NCBI GenBank assembly: GCA_964372415.1
Contig: CAYJQH010000002.1
Span: 21,803 to 85,802 of the forward strand
Direction of reading: 5' to 3'
Source of the DNA: an uncultured Gammaproteobacteria bacterium
Lineage (GTDB): Bacteria > Patescibacteriota > Patescibacteriia > UBA9934
DNA length: 64,000 nt
Positions within the stretch are counted from its first letter, which is position 1. The number at the start of each line of letters is the position of its first letter. Below, in pieces: positions 28,041-37,289 of this stretch. Made by a program: the position numbers and the translations under genes. Under the pieces are notes generated by a model. It was not told where the DNA came from, did not search any database, and worked only from the letters and a program-made list of their open reading frames with translations.

Positions 28041-28435
28041 AACCCCTCAAGCGAAGCAAAACGAGCAGGGTTGAAAAAATAATAAAACCAACGAGCCGGA
28101 TTTTTCAGACCATCATCTATAGCTACCCCCTCAACCAGCCCATTATTAACGACGTCATCCGGGAGATCGACAACCACCAAAGTTTCGCCTGATTCACCTA
28201 AACCACGTTTCATCCGGGCCTCTCGCTCCAGATAATATTCGCTCGACAAGCTCTCAATAAGTGTGAGTGATGCCAGTTTTTCTCCTTCTAATCGGTCATA
28301 TTCGGCCTGAAGCGCAGCGATTTCATTTTCGATTTGGCGGTTACGGAAATATTCCCGACCAAAACCCACAAATAACAAGCCAAGAACAACCATGGTTCCA
28401 AGAAGAAAAAGGGATATTTTAGGCAACAATCTCAT
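28037..28435 (-). CDS. FtsB/DivIC-like septum formation initiator
   Basis: 132 aa with a single TM helix and a coiled coil (…ENEIAALQAEYDRLEGEKLAS…). Sits upstream of murE and murD in dcw context. Confidence 0.55.
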   Translation of the reverse strand: MRLLPKISLFLLGTMVVLGLLFVGFGREYFRNRQIENEIAALQAEYDRLEGEKLASLTLIESLSSEYYLEREARMKRGLGESGETLVVVDLPDDVVNNGLVEGVAIDDGLKNPARWFYYFFNPARFASLEGL

Positions 28436-28494
28436 ATAACTAACTAATCGGCTAATGGGCTAAACAGCTAACCAGCCTCTAAAACCAACGGCTT
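28436..28494. repeat. 8-nt periodic tandem repeat (AATCGGCT/AATGGGCT/AAACAGCT/AACCAGCC)
   Basis: Period-8 units containing GCTAA. The reverse-complement family lies at 29820-29883 on the other side of murE. Confidence 0.55.
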
Positions 28495-29814
28495 TCAGGT
28501 GTTATTGTACCCCATTCGTTTAAGTGCCGCACGCGCGACTTGGCGATCGTCCCAAGGAATTTTTTTTCCGTGAGCTACGGCCATAACAGGTTCCGATCCC
28601 TTGCCGGTAATAAGTACCGCATCCCCTTCGCGGGCGAGTGACAAGGCTTTAGCGATCGCTTCGCCGCGATCGTCAATTACAAACAAATCCAGTCCGTCTC
28701 TCTTGCCTATTTCTCGAGCCCCTTGAGCCACTTGTTCCATGATGGTTCGCGGATCATCATCATAAGGATCCTCGTTCGTCACAATAACAAAGACTTCGTT
28801 CTCGGCGGCCAATTTACCGATGAGCGGTCGACGCGCCAAATCGCGCCCGCCACCAGCTGAACCGTGAACGCCAATGAGCCGCCTCGCGCCGTGAGCTTTT
28901 GCCGCCGCCATAAGCGCCTTTAGGGCATATGGCTCATATGCGTAATCAACAATCACCGTAAATGACTGACCTTGGTTGATGAGTTCGAATCTTCCTGCCA
29001 CAGGGTGTAATGACTCGGCGGCAGTCAAAACATCGGTCAACGAATAGCCAAGACTCGCCACAGCCGCCATTGCGGCGAGTGCATTGTATCGCTCGAACTT
29101 GGCCGGCAGGGCAAGTCGACAAGGTACATTGTTAACACTGACGTCTGCCCCTTTCTCATCAACGAGCAACTCACGAGCCGCATATCCCTCGCCCGGCAGT
29201 TGCGACCAGCCGTAGTACACGTGTCTATCTGCCTTGAACTCAGCAAAATAGCGCGTGTGCTCATCATCAGCGTTTAACACACTCACCTTGAGTACTCGCT
29301 TATCGTCGATAATTTTATGAGGACGTCGCGTTAGATGATCAAATAATTTCCCTTTGGCCGCTTTGTACTTTTCGAATCCACCATGAGCTTCAATATGTTC
29401 TGGGGTTAAATTCGTAAAAACGACTTCGTCGTAATTAATGCCCAAATGACGGTATTGAGAGATCCCTTGTGAAGAACTTTCGACAACCGCATACGAACAG
29501 CCCGCAGCCACCATGTCAGACAACATTTTTTGCAACAAAAAACGACCCGGCATGGTCATCTTCATGCGGTTCTCAATGTCGCGCCCTGCAATGTTGAACC
29601 CTGCTGTCGAAGTGTAACCAACAGTCTCGCCAAGTTCGGTAAGAATCTGAGCAATAAAATTTACGGTTGACGATTTGCCGTTAGTTCCGGTCACGCCGAT
29701 AACAATGAGTTGCGATGAGGGGTTGCCATAAAACGCCGCTGCCAGTTTAGCAAGAGCAAAGTGATAAACAACCTTAATGGGCTCGGGAATGAGTTGCTTA
29801 AGCCAGTAAAGCAT
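28495..29814 (-). CDS. murE: Mur ligase, most like UDP-MurNAc-L-Ala-D-Glu:meso-DAP (or Lys) ligase MurE
   Basis: GVTGTNGKSST P-loop, TNLTPEHIEAHGGFEKY, and a C-terminal …NEDPYDDDPRT (DNPR-like) motif. Confidence 0.75.
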   Translation of the reverse strand: MLYWLKQLIPEPIKVVYHFALAKLAAAFYGNPSSQLIVIGVTGTNGKSSTVNFIAQILTELGETVGYTSTAGFNIAGRDIENRMKMTMPGRFLLQKMLSDMVAAGCSYAVVESSSQGISQYRHLGINYDEVVFTNLTPEHIEAHGGFEKYKAAKGKLFDHLTRRPHKIIDDKRVLKVSVLNADDEHTRYFAEFKADRHVYYGWSQLPGEGYAARELLVDEKGADVSVNNVPCRLALPAKFERYNALAAMAAVASLGYSLTDVLTAAESLHPVAGRFELINQGQSFTVIVDYAYEPYALKALMAAAKAHGARRLIGVHGSAGGGRDLARRPLIGKLAAENEVFVIVTNEDPYDDDPRTIMEQVAQGAREIGKRDGLDLFVIDDRGEAIAKALSLAREGDAVLITGKGSEPVMAVAHGKKIPWDDRQVARAALKRMGYNNT

Positions 29815-29819
29815 AGCCG

Positions 29820-29883
29820 GTTAGCCGGTTTGCCGATTAGCGGCGCGGATGGTTCTAACCGGCTAATCGACTAATCGACTTTA
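29820..29883. repeat. 8-nt periodic repeats in both orientations (CCGGTTAG/CCGGTTTG/CCGATTAG … TAACCGGC/TAATCGAC/TAATCGAC), forming a 9-bp inverted repeat
   Basis: GCCGGTTAG…CTAACCGGC inverted repeat plus direct octamer repeats. Lies between murD and murE. Confidence 0.55.
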
Positions 29884-31338
29884 TTAGAGGTTACGCACTT
29901 CTTCACGAAACTGCTCGCCACGATCAAATTCGTTCTTGAACATATTAAAACTTGCGGCGCCAGGAGACAAAAGCACCACGTCAGCAGTAGCGGCTAGCTT
30001 GCTCGCTTTTTGAACCGCCTCCTTCATGCTGTGCACTTCATGAATAGGCACTTTGCCGATAATTTTCGGCTTGAGAATTTCCGAAGCCGTACCCGGGAAA
30101 AGCATAACCGCCTTGACCCCATCGACAATCGACTGGGCCAGACCATCAAATACAAGTTTCTTGTCGACGCCACCACAAATTAGAATCAAATGCTCCTTGC
30201 TCCCAAACCGCTTGATGGCTGCGACGACGGCATCGGGCGAGGTGGCAGCTGTGTCGTTAATGTATGTTATTTCATTAACTTCACGAATCAGTTCTTGCCT
30301 GTCTGGAACGCCTTTGAATTCACGTAGCACTTTGGCCACCCCTTCAGGCGGCACGCCGCGAAGAATTGCTGCGCAGGAAGCCGATAAAACATTTTCAAGA
30401 TTATGTTCGCCTGATAAGGCGATCTCAGAAACCGGTAAAATCTCTGTTTCTTCCCCATCTTGTAAAAAGATTAATTGACCGTTTTTTATTGAGCAGCCAT
30501 TTTTTTGTAATTCATTTCGTGAAAACCACCATAGCTGCCCCTTGATCCGTGGCTCCATCGAGCGAACAAGATCATGATCCCAGTTTATAACAGTGTGTTG
30601 ACTCTCCGTTTGATAGGCGAAAATTATCTCTTTCGACTTTTGATAGTCCTCAAATGAGGCATAACGATTGAGATGATCTGGGTAAATATTAGTTAACACG
30701 GATATTTCTGGACCTTTACCAAGATCCATAAGTGCCGCCGGAAGACTATCAAGGAGCCAAGATGAGAGTTCAAGGACGATGGGTGTGGGAGTGTTTGTTT
30801 TCAGGAGTTCGTCCAAAAATTCAAGTGGCGAAACACGAATGTTTCCGGCAGTGATCGCCTTTGGATCTAAGATCTTTAACATTTCACCAATTAAGAGTGT
30901 GGTCGTCGTCTTACCACGAGTTCCAGTAACCGCCATGATGGGATGCTTGTAGTAACGAAAAAACAAACTGACGTCTGACTCAATATTTACTCCCTTTTCG
31001 CGAGCTAACTTTACATATTCAGATTCACTTGGCACGCCGGGATTTTGCACCACGCAATCCACGTTTTCGAAATCCTCTTTACGATGCTGTCCGAGAACAA
31101 ACACCGGTTGATAAATTGTTCTGTCCGGATACATGTCGCGGTACTTATGGAACCACTCCATAACAAGCTCCACTGATTCTTTGAGTTCGTCTGTATCTTT
31201 AAGGTCAGTAATCACAGTTTGTGCCCCATGACGCATAAGCCACTTGGCAGTGCTTAGGCCGCTTCCCTGTTTAAAGCTGCCGAGTCCCATGACGGTAACC
31301 ACGGCGTCCTTAAAGTTCTCTATTTTTGATAAATTCAT
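29884..31338 (-). CDS. murD: UDP-N-acetylmuramoylalanine--D-glutamate ligase MurD
   Basis: N-terminal VMGLGSFKQGSGLSTAKWL…AVTGTRGKTTTT, with the central and C-terminal domains of the Mur ligase family. Confidence 0.85.
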   Translation of the reverse strand: MNLSKIENFKDAVVTVMGLGSFKQGSGLSTAKWLMRHGAQTVITDLKDTDELKESVELVMEWFHKYRDMYPDRTIYQPVFVLGQHRKEDFENVDCVVQNPGVPSESEYVKLAREKGVNIESDVSLFFRYYKHPIMAVTGTRGKTTTTLLIGEMLKILDPKAITAGNIRVSPLEFLDELLKTNTPTPIVLELSSWLLDSLPAALMDLGKGPEISVLTNIYPDHLNRYASFEDYQKSKEIIFAYQTESQHTVINWDHDLVRSMEPRIKGQLWWFSRNELQKNGCSIKNGQLIFLQDGEETEILPVSEIALSGEHNLENVLSASCAAILRGVPPEGVAKVLREFKGVPDRQELIREVNEITYINDTAATSPDAVVAAIKRFGSKEHLILICGGVDKKLVFDGLAQSIVDGVKAVMLFPGTASEILKPKIIGKVPIHEVHSMKEAVQKASKLAATADVVLLSPGAASFNMFKNEFDRGEQFREEVRNL

Positions 31339-31345
31339 ATTTTCT

Positions 31346-31384
31346 CAAGACCCAGGACTCAAGACTCTAGACTCTAGAGTCTCG
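31346..31384. repeat. Heptamer tandem array (CAAGACC CAGGACT CAAGACT CTAGACT CTAGAGT CTCG) containing the palindrome GACTCTAGAGTC
   Basis: Member of the CTAGACT/AGTCTAG family. Lies between the P-type ATPase stop and the murD start. Confidence 0.7.
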
Positions 31385-31397
31385 TGGTTGGTAATGG

Positions 31398-33920
31398 TTA
31401 AGATTGTAACAGACGAAGCTTGGTAAACTCCATGAGAAGTAATTTTACCGTTAGACCGGCTAAGAATATGGCGAATACAGTTAGTCCCGGCCAGCCCAGA
31501 TCCAGAGTTACGGTGAGACCGGGAATGAGTAGTGGCAGAAAGAGCAATAGGCCACTCACTAAAAGCGCCATTGAGAGTAGCGGATTGTTGAAAATTCGCA
31601 CCTTCCATAAAGGCTGCCGTAAAACACGAAGAACATAAATGCTAACCAAGGAATCAAGACCAAGAGCCAGAAAAACCATGGTTCTAGCTATATTCTCACT
31701 GAAGCCGAGTTCAATCGCCGCGACGTACAAAGTAACTAACATCACAACCGACAGTCCGCCAATAAACAGCGTCCACTTACCTAATTCTGAACCGATAATC
31801 GACGACCCTTTTGGTCGAGGATATTCCTTCATAATGCCTGGTTCAGCTGGCTCTGTAGCGAGCGCCATGGCGGGCAAACCGTCGGTAACTAAATTAATCC
31901 ACAGAATATGAATCGGTCCTAACGGCAAAGGAAAGCCTAAGATCAGAACGGCAGCAATAAGTGCTACCTCGCTTAAGCTAAAAGTTAACAGGTAAACTGT
32001 TACTTTGCGAATATTATCGTAAATAGTGCGACCCTCGCGTATAGCATCAATGATCACCTGAACATTACTTTCAAGAAGCACCATATCGGCAGTCTCTTTA
32101 GCGACATCAGTGCCGCTCCCGACGGCAATGCCGATTTCGGCGGCACGCAAAGCGGGAGCGTCGTTCACTCCATCCCCAGTCATAGCGACCGAGAATCCAC
32201 GTCGCTGAAAGGCTTTTACAATTCGCACCTTTTGCTCAGGCAAAACTCGCGCATAAACCCCAATATCTGCCACCAAACGTTCTAGCTCGGCATCCGATAA
32301 TGTCGTCATTTCGGTACCGGTAATTACTCTCTCACCGTTTGTGAGTAAACCGATATCGCGAGCCACCCGCTCGGCGGTTGCGGGATGATCACCGGTCACC
32401 ATAACTACGCGGATGCCAGCATTCATTGCTTGAGCAACAGTTTGTCGAGCTTCCGGTCGGAGCGGATCAGCAAGACCAATGATGCCTAGCGCAGTAAAAT
32501 CAACCATGGCCTTGACTGAAAATTCTTGCGGTACGTCATGTTGTCGCTTAGCTAGTAAAAAAAGCCGCAACCCACGCTTGGCCAAACTGTCGATTTCCGT
32601 TTCCAGACGAATTCTTGTGGCATCATCAATATCGCACCGCGCCAAGACTACCTCAGGGGCTCCCATGAGATACCAAACTACCCCGCCGTCTTCTTGAACG
32701 GCTCTAGCCGAAAATTTTCGGACTGAATCAAAAGGCAACTCAGCAATAATTTGCGCCTCCGTAAAAATACTTTCGGCCGATAAGTACTTTTGAAAGGCTG
32801 TCTGACTGGCGCTTGCCAAATCACCCTGACCACGCACAAAAAGAGATAAAGCGTGATTGATCTCTGACTTTGTCACATAATCCCTCACTTTAACCTCGAC
32901 AACAGTCATTTCGCCGGTCGTGAGCGTCCCGGTTTTATCCACACAAACTACATTAACCTGCCCCAGTGTTTCGGCGGCTAAAAGCCGTCGTACCAAAGCT
33001 TTTTTTCTAAGCATCCGTTGCATACCAGCAGTCAAAATAACGGTTAAGGCAACGCCTAAACTCTCAGGCACCACAGCTACCGCGAGGGCAGCTGCAATGG
33101 CCAAGAGGCTGGTAGTTTCAATACCACGCCAAGCGCCAAGAATAACCACAAAAGCCGCAGACAATAAGGCGATGCCAATAATCAGGCGCGACAAACCGTA
33201 AAGTTCCCTCTGTAGTGGAGTGGGCTCGGCTTGAATATTCGTCACCATACCTGCCACGCGACCAAACTCGGTGGCTGAGCCAGTTGTGACAATTACTGCC
33301 TCACCTATTCCAGCCATCACAGTTGTTCCTGCAAAAACCATTGAGGCTCGCTCAGTTATCGAGGTTTCATTAGACACCGGAAATATTTGCTTACCAACTT
33401 CGCTCGATTCTCCAGTTAAAGTTGACTCATTGACCGCTAAAAAATTCGCCACGATCAAACGGCTGTCAGCTGTAATCCTATCTCCGGCTGAAAGAACAAC
33501 TATATCGCCGGGCACCAATTCGATAGCTGATAGTCGAATCAGCTTCCCCTCGCGACGCACGGTAACCTGATATTCAAGCTTCTGCTCCAAGGCAGCCAAG
33601 GCGTGATCAGCGCGATACTCTTGGTAAAAACCAAGCAGCGTGTTACCAAGTAGAATAGCTAGGATCAAACTAGCATCAATACTCTCCCCCAGGGTAACGC
33701 TCACGGCCGCGGCGATGGCCAAGATAAAAACTAAGGGACTTTTGAGTTGACGTACTAAGTACGTAACTGTCGTCACGCGTCGTGGCTTAGGCAGTTCATT
33801 CTTGCCGTAATCCAACAGTCGCCGCTTCGCCTCCTCGGCGCTCAGCCCATCTCGGCTCACCCCCTGAGCCCGCATCACCTCCTGAACCGGCATCGCGTGC
33901 CAAGGCAAAACCTCCACCAT
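31398..33920 (-). CDS. Cation-transporting P-type ATPase (Ca2+/Mg2+-type, P2/P3-like)
   Basis: 840 aa with DKTGTLT, TGDGVNDAPAL and 10 predicted TM helices. Has the cation_ATPase N-terminus. Confidence 0.85.
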   Translation of the reverse strand: MVEVLPWHAMPVQEVMRAQGVSRDGLSAEEAKRRLLDYGKNELPKPRRVTTVTYLVRQLKSPLVFILAIAAAVSVTLGESIDASLILAILLGNTLLGFYQEYRADHALAALEQKLEYQVTVRREGKLIRLSAIELVPGDIVVLSAGDRITADSRLIVANFLAVNESTLTGESSEVGKQIFPVSNETSITERASMVFAGTTVMAGIGEAVIVTTGSATEFGRVAGMVTNIQAEPTPLQRELYGLSRLIIGIALLSAAFVVILGAWRGIETTSLLAIAAALAVAVVPESLGVALTVILTAGMQRMLRKKALVRRLLAAETLGQVNVVCVDKTGTLTTGEMTVVEVKVRDYVTKSEINHALSLFVRGQGDLASASQTAFQKYLSAESIFTEAQIIAELPFDSVRKFSARAVQEDGGVVWYLMGAPEVVLARCDIDDATRIRLETEIDSLAKRGLRLFLLAKRQHDVPQEFSVKAMVDFTALGIIGLADPLRPEARQTVAQAMNAGIRVVMVTGDHPATAERVARDIGLLTNGERVITGTEMTTLSDAELERLVADIGVYARVLPEQKVRIVKAFQRRGFSVAMTGDGVNDAPALRAAEIGIAVGSGTDVAKETADMVLLESNVQVIIDAIREGRTIYDNIRKVTVYLLTFSLSEVALIAAVLILGFPLPLGPIHILWINLVTDGLPAMALATEPAEPGIMKEYPRPKGSSIIGSELGKWTLFIGGLSVVMLVTLYVAAIELGFSENIARTMVFLALGLDSLVSIYVLRVLRQPLWKVRIFNNPLLSMALLVSGLLLFLPLLIPGLTVTLDLGWPGLTVFAIFLAGLTVKLLLMEFTKLRLLQS

Positions 33921-34155
33921 AGTTGGGAGTATTTTATCATCAAAAACCTCCTAAAATTTATCCCGGCGTTGTCGCGTCGCCATGCTCGGACTCGCCGTAG
34001 CTCTACTACGCCTCGTCCTGCGCTATCGTCGCTCCTAGCCGGAATAAATTTCTATGAGGTTTTTGGTACACCTACTCTACTCTTTTCAAAATCTTAAATT
34101 TTTGCTATCCTTTGCCCGATATTTCATTAGTCTGTTGAGAGAAAACCTAATAAGG

Positions 34156-34307
34156 TTCGTCAGTTTTACAGATTATTGCGTTGGCCTACTAAGTTCGGCG
34201 AGGTTCAAGGAGCAACGAGGACCGACTGAGGCGTACTTGAAAAGTACGATGAAGGAGGCCCGGAGTTGCACGAAGAAGATCGTCGAACTTGGGTAGGCCA
34301 AAGGTAC
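34156..34307 (+). ncRNA. Conserved tRNA-abutting element, copy 2 (upstream of tRNA-Lys)
   Basis: TTCGTCAGTT…AACGAGGACCGACTGAGGCGTACTTGAAAAGTACGATGAAGGAGGCCCGGAGTTGCACGAAG…CGAACTTGGGTA…GGTAC, ending at the tRNA +1. It has a GAAA-loop hairpin and a 50-nt insertion in its 5' part. Confidence 0.5.
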
Positions 34308-34382
34308 GCGCTGGTAGCTCAGTGGTAGAGCAAAGGCCTTTTAAGCCTGTGGTCGTGGGTTCGATCCCCACCCGGCGCACCA
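34308..34382 (+). tRNA. tRNA-Lys (anticodon TTT), CCA encoded
   Basis: GCGCTGGTAGCTCAGTGGTAGAGC…CTTTTAA…GTGGGTTCGATCCCCACCCGGCGCACCA. Confidence 0.85.
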
Positions 34383-34412
34383 AAAAACACCCAGCTTTGG
34401 GTGTTTTTTGTT
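34383..34412 (+). terminator. Rho-independent terminator after tRNA-Lys
   Basis: ACACCCAGCTTTGGGTGT followed by TTTTTTG. Confidence 0.7.
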
Positions 34413-35059
34413 TATTTAGTACACACGATTTTTAATGTTTCATTCTCCCAAACAAACCAGGTGGTCTCATCGTTATTTTCGAAACCCAGTAGATTGCTAG
34501 AGGTTTCATAGACGTAGCCTCTTTCGGTCGTTTCTCCATATTCATAAATCTCTCCGGTATCGGCATCGACGATGGCCATGCCATAACAGCCCTCGCTACA
34601 ACCCCATTCGGCAAATACATACTTGCCAGCAAAATTCACTCCGCGATTGACATCACGCGTTATTGCCGTTCGATGATGCGTGGCGGCCTCGTTGCTTGAA
34701 AAATCCGGAGCTGCGACACGACCTTGATATACGTCGACGGAATAATCAGAAAATGTTGGCGTCGAAGCACAAGCTCCATTTGACTGAGCCTCTAGGGTCC
34801 CGACCGGCTCGTTTAGTTCGTGATCAATTCTTATCTGAGTAAATTGATGGGTTTCTTGGTTGAACGATAGTCGAGTGCTGTCTGGACTAATGCACGTGGG
34901 TTGGCTAGCTCCGTATAACCATTCCCCACCTACTTCCTCGCAATGCATCATGTAGTGGCGAACGGAGCCTTCAGGTGGAGCCAAAAAAATAGCCGTGGCG
35001 CCGCCTGCAGCTGCCAAACCTGCAATAATCACAAAAACAGCTGATTGTAAGCGTGTCAT
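34412..35059 (-). CDS. Hypothetical secreted or membrane-anchored Cys-rich protein
   Basis: 215 aa with an N-terminal hydrophobic segment and 8 or more Cys. No recognisable domain. Confidence 0.45.
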   Translation of the reverse strand: MTRLQSAVFVIIAGLAAAGGATAIFLAPPEGSVRHYMMHCEEVGGEWLYGASQPTCISPDSTRLSFNQETHQFTQIRIDHELNEPVGTLEAQSNGACASTPTFSDYSVDVYQGRVAAPDFSSNEAATHHRTAITRDVNRGVNFAGKYVFAEWGCSEGCYGMAIVDADTGEIYEYGETTERGYVYETSSNLLGFENNDETTWFVWENETLKIVCTK

Positions 35060-35112
35060 ACATTAATACTTCCGGACTGTAAGCCGAAAATAGCCCAATT
35101 AGAAATTCCTAG

Positions 35113-36180
35113 TTAGGACCTTATCATTGCCATGGCCTCATGGACAATACGTGCGTCAGCATTCACCGGAAAAAGTCCCCTAATGTTGTGACCTAAGCTA
35201 GTTCGGCGTACGGAATCTTCAAGCAGGCGTTCGATTGCGGTCCTAAGTGACTGTGGTGTGAATTCACTTAAAAACTCAGCCGCTCGTTGCCCAGCCAGAA
35301 CTTGTGCATTGGCCACCTGTTGCGAGCCTGGTAATGGGACAAGAATCGCTGCTTTGCCGAGAGCTGCGAGTTCAGTGATGGTACCCATACCTGCCCGAGC
35401 AACGACGACATCGCTCGCTGCGTACAGATCGGCGAGATCGTTGGCTGCAAACTCCAGAGCTGCGTAATTTGGCGCGAGCCCTCGTAGGCTATGAAGCATT
35501 TTTCCTTGCCCAGTAAGATGAATAACGTTGGCTTTTTTTGTTAGCTCTTGGCCAATAATAGCCATCGCTTGATTGAGGCTGGCTGCTCCGGTGCCGCCAC
35601 CGATCACCAACACTGTGGGCTTGGCGCTCTCAAATCCGTAGCTTTCGTAAACTCGCTCGCGTTGACCGTGGAGAAGCTGCTCTCGTGCCATCGCGCCAAC
35701 AACGGTCGTTTTGCGAGCCGCAAAGGAAGCTGCGCTTAAAGGCCAAGTGACACTAATCTTTTTTGCAAAAGGAGCCATGAGTCGATTGGCCAAACCGGGA
35801 ACAACGTCAAGCTGATGCAGCCAGACAGGCACGCGCTTAAGCCAAGCGGCAATAACAATGGGAACGCTGACGTAAGCACCAGCCGTAAAGATGATTGTTG
35901 GCTCAAGTTGAGTCAGGAGCTGCCAAGCCTTAAAAAAAGAAAATAAAAATTGCCCTGGAATGAATGGCCACAGCCAAGGTCGATGACGGTCAAATTTAGG
36001 CGCCGCAAGCGCGAAAAAAGGGATCCGAGAGGCCTCGACCAAGGTCCTTTCAGGCCCCTGCGGTGTACCAATCCATGACAGGCGAGCCCCAGGCTGACGC
36101 TTACGCCATTCGTGAGCTACTGCCAAAAGAGGGGTTACCGGCCCTAGGGTTCCGCCACCAGTTAACAAAATATTACTCAT
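35113..36180 (-). CDS. murG: UDP-GlcNAc:MurNAc-pentapeptide-PP-undecaprenol GlcNAc transferase MurG
   Basis: GT28 fold. N-terminal LTGGGTLGPVTP and a C-terminal …GGGTGA… with a conserved E/Q. Confidence 0.85.
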   Translation of the reverse strand: MSNILLTGGGTLGPVTPLLAVAHEWRKRQPGARLSWIGTPQGPERTLVEASRIPFFALAAPKFDRHRPWLWPFIPGQFLFSFFKAWQLLTQLEPTIIFTAGAYVSVPIVIAAWLKRVPVWLHQLDVVPGLANRLMAPFAKKISVTWPLSAASFAARKTTVVGAMAREQLLHGQRERVYESYGFESAKPTVLVIGGGTGAASLNQAMAIIGQELTKKANVIHLTGQGKMLHSLRGLAPNYAALEFAANDLADLYAASDVVVARAGMGTITELAALGKAAILVPLPGSQQVANAQVLAGQRAAEFLSEFTPQSLRTAIERLLEDSVRRTSLGHNIRGLFPVNADARIVHEAMAMIRS

Positions 36181-37289
36181 AATGGCTGCCCTTTTGATGC
36201 CGAAACATTCAGTACGATTCCCGCGGCTGTCAACGATACTGCAAGTGCCGTTCCGCCGTAACTAATAAACGGCAGCGGCACGCCAGTAATTGGCAGTAGA
36301 CCAACCATAGCGCCGACGTTAATCAATGCCTGCAGACCGAACCAGGTCATGATACCCATAACTAGATATTTGCCAAAAAGGTCTGGCGCTCGTTCGCCAA
36401 TATTGATGCCGCGCAACAAAAAAACAAGATAGAAACCAAGAAATGCGCTGGTTAAGACAAATCCCAATTCTTCGGCCACGATCGGAAAAATTGAGTCGCC
36501 CGCGACCTCCGGCAGATATTGAAATTTTTGTAAGCTGTGCCCATAACCTCGTCCAAATAATCCACCTGAGCCAATAGCGAGGAGTGCTTGATTAATGTGA
36601 TAGCCGATCCCTCGAGGGTCAAGCTCAGGATGCAAAAAAGTTAGAACACGCGCCGCCCGATATTCTGAAAAACGGAGAATAAGGGCCATGATACCTAATC
36701 CAGAAAGACCAGCTCCGAGGAGATACCTAAGAGGCGCACCGGCTACAAAATACACCACGAACGAAGTCAGCACGATGATAGCCAAGGTACCTGTGTCGGG
36801 CTGCAAAAAAAGAAGTAGCGCGATCACGCCCATCACCGACAGAAACGGAATGAGTCCGCCCCAAAATGATTTTAGTTCAAGGTGACTTCTTTTTTCAAGC
36901 CAAGCTGCCAAATAGATAAGAAAAGTCAGCTTCACTACTTCTGATGGTTGAAAAGATATGCCACCAAGCGAAATCCAGCTATGCGCCGTGCCAAACTCGG
37001 CGCCAACACCCGGAATAAACACAAGGAGCAACAGAATAATCGAAATTATCAACATGTGTGGCGCGAAATGCCTAAAAAAGCTGTACGGGATTCGGTAAGC
37101 AATAACAAACCCGACAACCCCAACGAGCACGCCAAAAATAAGTTGATGTTTAAGAAAGTAATAACCGTCAGCAAATTTTTCGTAACCGAGTGGCCAAGAG
37201 GCTGAAGTGAGAAGAATTAAACCAAGAAGGACGAGGCCGGCAAGCAAGCCCAGGAAGGCGCGGTCAGCCGCTGACCGAGTACGATTCAT
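36177..37289 (-). CDS. ftsW: SEDS-family peptidoglycan glycosyltransferase FtsW/RodA
   Basis: 370 aa, 10 TM, with characteristic motifs (…GDSIFPIVAEELGF…PFISYGGT…). 4-nt overlaps with mraY and murG. Confidence 0.85.
   Translation of the reverse strand: MNRTRSAADRAFLGLLAGLVLLGLILLTSASWPLGYEKFADGYYFLKHQLIFGVLVGVVGFVIAYRIPYSFFRHFAPHMLIISIILLLLVFIPGVGAEFGTAHSWISLGGISFQPSEVVKLTFLIYLAAWLEKRSHLELKSFWGGLIPFLSVMGVIALLLFLQPDTGTLAIIVLTSFVVYFVAGAPLRYLLGAGLSGLGIMALILRFSEYRAARVLTFLHPELDPRGIGYHINQALLAIGSGGLFGRGYGHSLQKFQYLPEVAGDSIFPIVAEELGFVLTSAFLGFYLVFLLRGINIGERAPDLFGKYLVMGIMTWFGLQALINVGAMVGLLPITGVPLPFISYGGTALAVSLTAAGIVLNVSASKGQPL

Noticed and set aside
34189-34383. 64-aa minus-strand ORF (…VGIEPTTTGLKG…) over tRNA-Lys, and similar ORFs at 21066-21257 and 26312-26494 over tRNA-Gln and tRNA-Gly
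   Set aside because: These are classic antisense-tRNA artefact translations. The loci are fully explained by the tRNA genes and the conserved upstream element.
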